Shown one piece after another: positions 54,803-64,000 of a stretch of 64,000 nucleotides of DNA. The number at the start of each line of letters is the position of its first letter. Positions within the stretch are counted from its first letter, which is position 1. The translations under genes were made by a program, and so were the position numbers. The DNA is taken from assembly GCF_009914755.1 (NCBI RefSeq), contig NC_060934.1. The stretch is one strand, 5' to 3'. Source of the stretch: the human T2T-CHM13v2.0 reference genome, Homo sapiens. Below the pieces are notes generated by a model that searched no databases, was not told the DNA's origin, and saw only the letters and a list, made by a program, of their open reading frames with translations.

Positions 54803-55696
54803 GTCCCTTGCAGCAGGAATGTGGATGGTCCCTGGGAAGTCTGGTAGGCTTGGTGAACTGACTTTTGCTGAGCACCCAGTAACAGGAGTTGAAATACCAG
54901 CTCCATCTCTCCACTTGTCTCACAGCTGCTGGCCTTGGCATTCTGAGCCTCTGTGTCATGCGGTGCCACTTCATTCTGAAGAGTGTGTAGCACAGTGCAG
55001 CCATGGCTCCATGCTTCCTAACGAGTATTGATCCCACTAGGGAATATTTTCAGAACCAGATACAGTGGGTGCAATTCACACCAGCATCCTTCTCTGGAAG
55101 ACTAGCTACATCTTGCACTTTTCTTCCATTTTCTATCTTTCTTATGTTTAAAGATAGTTCAAAATAATTAAAATCAGTGTGATCTGAACATTTGGGGGAT
55201 GTTTGTAACAGTAAACCATAGATTCTCTGGGATATAAGATAAAGGAAAACAAGTAGAACAGAAATGAGAATGGATTTCCTTGTACACAAAGTTAGAAGAG
55301 AGTTTCAGTGAGCTCCCGCGGGCAGTGACCTTGACTGCGAATTTTGTCTCTTCCCTGACTTTTTCCTCCCCTTCCTCCCCTTCCCTTAAGGAAGATGGCC
55401 TCGGTTAGCCAGGAAGGGTCCTCGTGGAGCTCTGGGAATGCTGTGGCCTTAGCAGCCAAGGGGTATTACCTGTTCGTGGGTGTGGGCAGCCTTGGCAGGG
55501 ATGGCAAAGGGGCCTATGGTGACTGTGCTGCACTCCATGAAAAGCAACAAGGAAGCCCCAAGGTCAGCAGAGGCAGAAGCGCAGTGAGGGCGCACGGGGC
55601 ATGTAGTCAGTGCCCTGCACTCTCTAGTGTTGGGAGCAGTCAGCAGAACGGCCAGTGCTAGTGGGCAGGATGAGGGAGGCTGCAGGGAGCACAGAT

Positions 55697-56157
55697 TTCA
55701 AACTGACCCAACAGTCCCATAGCTTTTTGAAATGAACAGAGAAATGGACCCTTCTGGTCTTAAAGCTTGAAAATTACATTTGCTTTATCTGAGTTTCTTC
55801 CTCAGGAAATGACCCTTAGTCCTTTAAAAAAAAAAAGAAAGCACCAAGGAGCTGAAACTCACCAGATCACTGCATCGGAAGAGCAAGACACCAGCCCCTT
55901 GCCTGCCTTGACTGCCTTTGTGACCACCTGCTGCCTGTTGACTGATGGCTCCCCCTAACTCTCCCTGGTTCCTGTTTTCCCACACATGGTTACATTTCTT
56001 CCCTGCTACGTGAACTCCCGATTTTAGTCGGTCCAGGAGATGGATTTGAGACTGAGCTCTCCTCTCCTCTGCGTCAGCAGTACTCGTTGTCCCAGTGATT
56101 GGCTTTCCGTGCAGAGAGCAGCAGGATGTAGGTCAAAACCCTGGTGTTTCGGCAACA
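55697..56157 (+). mobile_element. ERV1 solo LTR (MER4-group; MER66-like, subfamily uncertain)
   Basis: AAACTGACCCAACAGTCCCATAG; GACCCTTCTGGTCTTAAAGCTTGAAA; GAGATGGATTTGAGACTGA; GTGATTGGCTTTC; ends GGCAACA. Confidence 0.75.
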
Positions 56158-56995
56158 GGTTCCTGCACTTACAGACCGGCCTCCACGGGGTGGGAAGGCT
56201 CTCCCGTGCTTCCGTTACCACTGTTGACCAGCTCTAAAATTACCACCTGCAACTCGCAGTGAAAAATTCTGCCTGTCTGTCCTGCTCCTGACTTTGAGGA
56301 GAAATGGTGAGGAGATGGGGACACAGCCTGGGGACACTGTGGCTCTCCACTCACAACACTGCCACCACAAGTCACTGGAGAAGGGGCAGCAACTCTCCGT
56401 GTCCTGGGTCTCATCTGAGACAAGAGTGCCACCCTGTACCAGGCATCTCTTGCCCCTTAAGGCAGATGCTAAAGCCTTTGCAGAAAGGCCACGTCCCAGC
56501 TGGAGGATGGTAATGATGTTTAGGAGATCACAGCTGGGCAAAGGGTGAAAACAACGCTGGGAGGTCGAAAGGCTGCAGAACCCATTACCCATCTCCCGAT
56601 AGCCATTCCGATGGAAGGCCCTGACAAACGACTCCCTGCAAAGCCGGATAAGCCCTCTGCATCCATCGGCTAATGCCAGGCAAGGCGGGAATGCGATGAG
56701 GGCTGGCTGGAGGCAGGGCTGCCAGGAAGGGAGGGTCTGTGAAGTGCGAACACACTCACTGGTTTTGGGGAAAGGGTGAACAACCCAGTGAGCACTGCAT
56801 GTTAGGAACAGGTCAGTAAACACAGCCCAGCAGGAGCAGACAGAAGCCATTCGTCGAGAGCGGGACCCGGGTGGGAGGCCTTGGCTACACAGACACAGGA
56901 CCTGAAGATAAGATACTGTGGCCTGTCGGTCACCACTCTGTGTGCATAGCAGTGCAGGTGACATCATTACCTTTGGGGAAACTGGGAGAGATGCT

Positions 56996-57578
56996 GCGCA
57001 GGTGTATACACTGTGGGGAGGGGGAGAGAGGCTGTGCAAGTCTATGCACTGTGTTGGGGGCAGAGGCTGCACTGGCGTATGCACTGTGGGGAGGGGGAGA
57101 GAGGCTGTGCAAATCTATGTACTGTGTGGGGGGAGAGAGAGGCTGTGCAGGTGTATACACTGTGGGGAGGGAGAGAGGCTGTGTAGGTCTATGTACTGTG
57201 TTGGGGGGAGAGGCTGCACTGGCGTATGCACTGTGGGGAGGGGGAGAGAGGCTGTGCAAGTCTATGCACTGTGTTGGGGGGAGAGGCTGCACTGGCGTAT
57301 GCACTGTGGGGAGGGGGAGAGAGGCTGTGCAAGTCTATGTACTGTGTTGTGGGGGAGTGGCTGCACTGGTGTATACACTGTGGGGAGGGGGAGAGAGGCT
57401 GTGCAAGTCTATGCACTGTGTTGGGGGCAGAGGCTGCACTGGCGTATGCACTGTGGGGAGGGGGAGAGAGGCTGTGCAAGTCTATGCACTGTGTTGGGGG
57501 GAGAGGCTGCACTGGTGTATACACTGTGGGGAGGGGGCAAGAGGCTGCACAGGTGTATACACTGTGGGGAGGGGGAGA
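56996..57578. repeat. G-rich minisatellite, 73-bp dimer (38+35 bp), about 8 copies
   Basis: CACTGTGGGGAGGGGGAGAGAGGCTGTGCAAGTCTATG alternates with CACTGTGTTGGGGGSAGAGGCTGCACTGGCGTATG. Confidence 0.95.
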
Positions 57579-57699
57579 TAGGCATTGGTTTGTCATTGCA
57601 GGACTGATCTGAAGGCCAGAGCCAAGACTCAGGGCAGGGCTGTTGGGAGGCCCCTGACAGGCCTGGGAAGGCCTTGCCTGGTCACAGTGTTTTGTGGGC

Positions 57700-58180
57700 C
57701 TGAGGATTCAGGACACGTGGTACTTGCTTGACCATATAGTTTATTTTAATAATGGAATTATAGAGAATTTCTGTTTTCCCTCTGGGAGGCTGGAGTCTGA
57801 GCCGCTGTGGTCTGTCACACAGACACTGCCTCCCTAAGTGACTGACCCTCAATAAAAACCTTGGACGCCGAAGCTCAGGTGAACTTTCCCAGCTGAACCT
57901 TGGACCCGGAGGCTCAGGTGAGTTTTCCAGCTGGTGTCATTGCACACATTATCACCATCATTTCTGGGGGAACTAAGCCCATTCCCGCAACTCACTGGGC
58001 AAGGATGTCTGGAGGCAAATGCCTGGATTCTCCTTGTTGTCACCCAGGCTCCCCTCCCTTCGCTGGTGACAATTTGTGGACTTTCACAATGTTAAACAAT
58101 GGCTGCTGGTGCGCCAGCCCTACCCAGTGAGTACCAGTGAGTACAGAGCCTGAGGGGGGTTTCAGGGACCCCCGGCATAG
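57700..58180 (+). mobile_element. LTR fragment, MER21-like
   Basis: GTGACTGACCCTCAATAAAAACCTTGGAC...GCTCAGGTGAGTTTTCC...CCTGAGGGGGGTTTCAGGGACCCC. Confidence 0.6.
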
Positions 58181-58189
58181 CCAAAGACC

Positions 58190-58800
58190 CCTTCACTGAC
58201 ATGGTGAATACACTGTGTAGGTCCAGAGACAGTGATGACAAACTAAGTTTCACAGACTTTGAATTTGGGAAGGCCAGTGAGATATCGCAGCCAAGATACC
58301 CCAGAGGCAGTGGAGCAGGGTGAATAAAGTCTCACTAGAGGGTCAGATTTGGCAAATGCGTGGGTTGCAGTTGAAGCCACAGATGTGAATTGCCGTCCAG
58401 TAAGTGTAGGGGGAGTAAAGGTCTAGGATAAGGAGAGAAAGAGAAACTGGCACTGACAGAAAGAAACAGGAAGAGAAAAAGCTGACAGAAACTACATGGA
58501 ACCTACCACACTCAAGGGAGGTTGGCTAATGGTGTCACGTGATGCCAGGACACCTGGCGAGTTAGGAACCTGGGAAGAGTTATTTTGTGACCTGGGCTGA
58601 CAGTTTTATTAAAAGGGACAAGTGAGTGGCCAGAGTGTGAGGGGCCGAGGCAGGCCTGGCAGGAATGAGGGTGGGCTGTTAAGGTGATCTGGCTGGGCCA
58701 CAGGGGCGGGGGAGAGAGGCGTTGGTTTGTCATTGTTCTTGAATTAAGCATGTTGAGTTGCCAACTACAAGATGCTAAAAGAGAGGGAGAATCTGAAGAC
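58190..58800 (-). mobile_element. L2 fragment
   Basis: Degenerate reverse L2 (TTGAATTTGGGAAGGCCAGTGAGATATC...GTTGAAGCCACAGATGTGAAT). Confidence 0.5.
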
Positions 58801-60705
58801 GTCTGAGGGGAACTGCAGCCGGGTTTCAGTACAGGGTGGGAGCAGAGGCTGGCGTCCGGTACACGGAGTTCGAAACACTAGGGGGGAATCACTTTAGCTG
58901 GGGGGTCCCCTCCTCTCTCACTGAAAGGTGGAGTGGGGTGGGGCGTGGAGCTGGGGGGGGTCCCCTCCTCTCATTGAAAGGCGGAGTGGGGTGAGGCATG
59001 GAGCAGACATGGCTGAGTGTGTAAGTTGGAACTCAGCAGGCAAACAAGTTTCCTCAAAAAAATTCGACTGTCTCTGTTTAGCAGGGACACAAGGCGCTCT
59101 TTTTGAAAGACCTGGGAGTGGATGGATTGTGATTCATCTTTGTTATTTGATTATTCCAAAGGTATATTTGTGGGAGAAATGCAGGAAGGAAGGAGGGAGA
59201 CGGGAGGAGGGTGCAGGGGTGAGCAGGGTGCCCGGGGTTGGTGTTTCCACCCAGTGGCATGGATTTGTCCTGATTGTGCTAAGAGAAGACGCTGCCTCCT
59301 TTTCTTCCTCCGAGACCCACGCATGGTCAAACAGTTTAAATAAGAGGTGAACGCAATGCAGAGCACGGCACTGAGAGAGCTGCATAAGAGAGAACGCAAT
59401 GCACTCTTCCTCCTCATTGTCACAGAGTAGGCCAAACCCATTGTCCCCATCCTCTAGACTCCAAAACCGATGCCCTGGAAAGGCAGGAGATATCACAGGG
59501 TGCCCAGCGGGACAACCCGATCCCTGTTCAAGCGTGGGAACCACCCCAGACCCTTCCTTCCAGCCAACTGTGATCCCGGAGAGACGGCAGCCAGGAGAGC
59601 CTCTCACCCCCTCTCCTGGGTGCTGGGTCTGCAGCGTGAGATTAGATGGAGCTCTCTGTGCCCATCCAGGAAGCCTTGAGTTTCTGTTAATATGCAATAC
59701 AAGCTTACAATAGAGGGAATCCCTCCAAAACACAACACACCATATTGTTTATAAGAGGCTACCAGGGACTGAAAAGTAAACACAAAAAGACAAACAAAGT
59801 CTTCCCTACACCCAGCAGGGCCAAAGAGATTTTTCCCTCTTTCCAATAAGCTCTGAGAAATGGGGTCCCTGCTCCCCACACCACAGCCCACACCTGGAAC
59901 CCCTCCCCGCTGCAGGCTGCCCGGCCACCTGCTCCACTGTACTCGGCAAACACACAACTACATTTTGTTTGTTTTCCTCTCTGGGCCTCTGATCGAATTT
60001 TTAAGCACCTCCTTGTTGCTTTATTCTCCCTGAATTTCCTGGAAGTGCTAACCTCAAAGTACCACGGAAAATGCCTTCCTAGAGTACCTTTGGCCTGACA
60101 CGGCGAACAGCAGCTATTTTCTGAGAAAGCTCATTCTTTGGAGAGTCTCAGTGTAATTGCACTGATTGTGCTGGCTCTGGAAACCTCAGAGCCACCATAG
60201 GTCTTTGAAAACCAACGAATATGAGTCAACACATTTTTGCAGCTAATGACGCTCTCTAGTTGATGAAAGCCGATGGCCCACATGGCCCAATTTACCACGA
60301 TTTACTGGAGATATAAATGGCATGAACCTCAGGCCCCTTCAGGGAGGTTGCAGCCACACAGACCGACACTGGAGAGGTTTTAGTGTAATGCAGTCTCATG
60401 GCTTTGGAGTGAAAGGAACTGATTTTGGAATTTGTTAGGGTCGTGGGAGCTAGAAGAGATTTGGAGACCAGTAGATACCTCTGTTGTACAGACAAGAAAG
60501 CCACAACCCCGAGTGCTTAGTCATTTGGCAAGAGTGAAGGTGAAGAGATGGTAGATCTAGAATGCAGAGTCTCCGCCTCACGGTCCCCGCGCTTCCCAGG
60601 CCGCCGTGCGAGCCCTGTTTGTGCCGCAACAGGATGAATGGTGTGGAGTTCGGAGACTAAAGGAGCACTGTGCTTTTAAAATAAAAAGGACGGCAGAAAA
60701 GGGGC

Positions 60706-61084
60706 TGTTCTGGGCTGTATTCGGCCCTGTCAAAATTCACACGTGGAAACCCTGACTCCCAGGACCTCAGAAGGTGACAGTGTTTGGAGATGGTGTCCTT
60801 ACAGAGCTGATGAAGATAAATGAAGTCATATGACTGGACCCTGGTCCAACCTGCCTGGTGTCCTTATAAGAAGAGGAGAGGAGGACACAGACACACACAG
60901 AAGGAGGACCCTGTGAGGACACAGAGAGAAGACGCCATCTGCAAGCCATGGAGAGGCCTCAGGAGGAACCAGGCCCCTGGACACCTTGATCTCGGGTTTC
61001 CAGCCTCTCTGACTGTGACAACGTGAATGTCTATTATTGAAGCCACCTGGGCTGTGGTCTTATGACAGCCCCAGGAAACTTATA
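60706..61084 (+). mobile_element. MLT1B solo LTR
   Basis: ACCTCAGAAGGTGACAGTGTTTGGAGAT; GTGTCCTTATAAGAAGAGGA; GTGAGGACACAGAGAGAAGACGCCATCTGCAAGCCA. Confidence 0.9.
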
Positions 61085-62242
61085 GGAGCCAGCTAAATTA
61101 TTCTCTACTTGCTTAAGAGAGGAAAACCTGTTGTCTGGGCTGCCACAGTGGTAAAGTCCTTCTCACCTTCACCCAGACAGTTTCTCAATGATCCAGAAGA
61201 TGCAAAAGAGTCAGGCTCGAGCAGGACTGCACTGCCAGGAGCAGGCCTCACACTTTCCCTTCCTGGGCGGCTGTCCCTCTGCCCGCCCTTCCTGCCATCC
61301 CTCTATTGTAGAACTGGTAAAACTTCCATTATTATTTTTAAAGCAAAAATAAAATAATTTTAAGGTCTTTCTTCCAATGACATCTCACCTGGTAACCCAG
61401 AAATGAAACAAGAAAACAGAGGGAGCACCTGAGGCGCCGGGGCCTGGGATTGGCTCCAAAATCCCCTTCCTGCCCCTCTGGTGGCCGATGGGCCCCAGGT
61501 CCAGCGATAGCCAAATCGAAGGTCCTGCCGGGCTTCCGGCTGTGAATGTCTCCGGGACACAATGTACCACATAGACAGGTGCTCTGAGAAGTGAGGGCTG
61601 AGCTGGGCTTGTCAGAATGTGCTGGGAAAGGCAGACAGAATGGGACTGACTGGCCTTTATACTGCAGACATGGAGTCCTGGCCTCAGGAGGGGCAGCGTG
61701 GCCACCCCAGGGGGGCGGAGTGAGGTGAGTGAGGCTGAGCGGCTCCAGGTGGCCTCCTGCGTGGAGGCCAAGCCCTCCTCCCGCACGTGGCCTGAGCCTC
61801 CTCCCTCGCAGCCGATCACAGAACCATACAGTCCCAATCCTGCCACCATGTCATTATCAATCAGGGGTTAAAGGCTGCTCCTGGCCACTCCCACTCCGAG
61901 CAGGTGGCTCTGCAGCCCCCAGGATGCCCATGGGGGGAGCTGGCCTGGGGCCAGGAGCCTTTCCTTTGCAGCTCATGGACTGCACTCCAGGGCAGCTGTG
62001 GCCTGTGCCGTGTAAGTGGATACAGCCTCGGGTTTCACTGCACGCTCCCTCCTCTCTGGCTAGTTTGGGGCCCTGTCCTTGGGGCATTAGGGGCATGAAA
62101 TGCCTGCAGACCCACGGGTGATGCCTTTTAGAGAGTGGGTGAAGAGAAGTGGGAAGCACAGCCCCAGTGCTCACCCCAGGGGGCCGGAGGGAGCAGGATC
62201 TGTGTGTTCACCCCACAGTGGCTCCAGAGAACATGGGCGGCT

Positions 62243-62555
62243 GTCCTGCCCGGCACTCAGTGAGGGGCTGCCAAGGTCGGCTTCAGGGAACAGTCAATCA
62301 ACACATCTACTGGGGACAGGAGGAGGGAGGGAAGGGGAGAAGAGGGCGTGAAGAGCCTTTTTCTGGCCTGGTCCTGCCCGGCACTCAGCGAGGGGCTGCC
62401 AAGGTCAGCTTGAGGGAACAGTCAATCAACACATCTATTGGCGACAGGAGGAGGGAGGGAAGGGGAGAGGAGGGAGGGAAGGGGAGAGAAGGGCTTGAAG
62501 AGTGGCCCTGGAGTCAGAGAGCACCTTCCTCTGGCCTGGTCCTGCCGGACACTCA
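62243..62555. repeat. 128-bp tandem duplication plus a partial third copy
   Basis: GTCCTGCCCGGCACTCAGYGAGGGGCTGCCAAGGTC...CAGTCAATCAACACATCTA at 62243 and 62371; short third start near 62539. Confidence 0.9.
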
Positions 62556-64000
62556 CCCCTGGCGGAAATGGAATGGATCCTTGTGGTCTTGGCAGGTATT
62601 TTATTGGCCTAGATTTTCTGTATGTTTTGGTTTTTACCTCCTGTGGAACGGAACCCTTAATTAATTCATTTGTTTAGTCACTCATTCAGCAAATGTTTGT
62701 CAGGATCTTTGAGGCAGAAACTGTATGTCACCCCCATGGTCTGTGCCCAGTCACTGTGGGAACATCCTGGGACATGGGGGGAGAGCAGTGTCACCCGCAG
62801 CTCCCTGCCGGAGACCCTGCCCCATTGCTGGGAGCACCGCGTCCTCGCAGCCCGGGCCAGCACCATCTCTGAATGCTATCAGACACCAGGTGGCTCATAA
62901 CATTGGGAAATGACTGTTTTAATCATTAATTACCAAATAAATGTCACTGTGCTGGTACAATATATGCGGTGATTTCTGTCATAAATTGACATCTGTAAGT
63001 CATAAATTGCTTAGTTTTAGCTGCTTTTAATGTCTGAATTTTCCCAAGCTACATGGTGCACACATTTTGGATCAAGTTCAAACTCTTCTGGCACCGGGTG
63101 CCTTCTGGGAACTGGCATGGACGAGGCAGGCAGCGGATTCTGACGGCGTCAGCAGCGCGAGAGGCACCCGACCTCTCACTAAAACGTTTGGCCTGCTCCC
63201 AGGAAGAGGCTTCCATGGAAAGCCAGAAGACCCTTTAATCAGAGAAGATTCTAGCCGGTCTCAAAGGAAGGATGCAGTTTGCGCCGTCGAAAATGGAAAT
63301 CAAAGGAACGCGATGCTCTAACGGACTCGAGGAGGCCGGCTCCGTCTTGGCATTGTTCAGAAACATCCCGGCTTCTTCTCTGTTTGATTTCCAACAGGTT
63401 ATTCCCAGAGGAACCACAGTCCTTTCTACCCAGAAGCCTAAAAATACATGCTTTTGAGAGCACTGCCAGAGTAGGTTAAGAATAAAGAAGGCGTTTGGAG
63501 CGCAGGCAGAAGACACTTGTGCTCTTCTAAGCGCAGCGACCGTGGCAGGAATAACGAGCTACAGAGGCCACACCCGCACACGGGAAACGCATTTCCCATC
63601 GCCCCAAACACAAACCCTGCACCTCTGGCCTGTAAAGGAAGTCCAGGCTCACTTAGAACCGGTAGAATTCTAAAATTACACAAATCAGCAGAGGAGGCCT
63701 GTAAACCGGAGTCCAGAAAGTCGGCTGGTGGAGGCTGTGCAGGGTTGGAACCTGCCCCCAGCGCTCAGCTCTGCTCCGTCCTCTCAGGGGGCCTGGGTCC
63801 CACAGCCCAGGGCAGAGACAGAATCTGGGGTCTGAGTCCCCCTGGGTCCCCCAGGCTCATCTCAGCGGCCCTATTTCTCTTTCCCCACCCATCTGCAGGG
63901 CAGGCCCTGGTTCTGTCTCCGGGTGGCCTGTGCCCTAGGCTCTGGGCTTCTTACTCAGCTACTCAGCTCTCCAGCATCCACCCAGCCAGGGGCAGGGGTG

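Overview
Primate (human-like) genomic DNA with no recognisable protein-coding gene, RNA gene or CRISPR array. It looks intergenic or like part of a very long intron. It holds 13 Alus, a 5'-truncated L1PA with target-site duplication (TSD), older L1M/L2/MIR fragments, MaLR and ERV solo LTRs, and hAT MER elements. It is unusually rich in minisatellites and kb-scale low-complexity tracts, which is typical of distal chromosome arms. Almost all long ORFs in the track are by-products of these repeats; only the L1 ORF2 remnant is a recognisable protein. The most distinctive structure is an ungapped 281-bp inverted repeat (about 96% identical) that resembles no transposon I recognise. It flanks a 676-bp spacer containing PBX-HOX/MEIS/FOX motifs, making it a candidate invertible regulatory cassette or long hairpin. 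Several AT-rich, homeobox-motif-dense unique blocks look like developmental enhancers. Repeat subfamilies were called by eye from remembered consensus sequences, boundaries of old elements are approximate, and I could not identify the locus.
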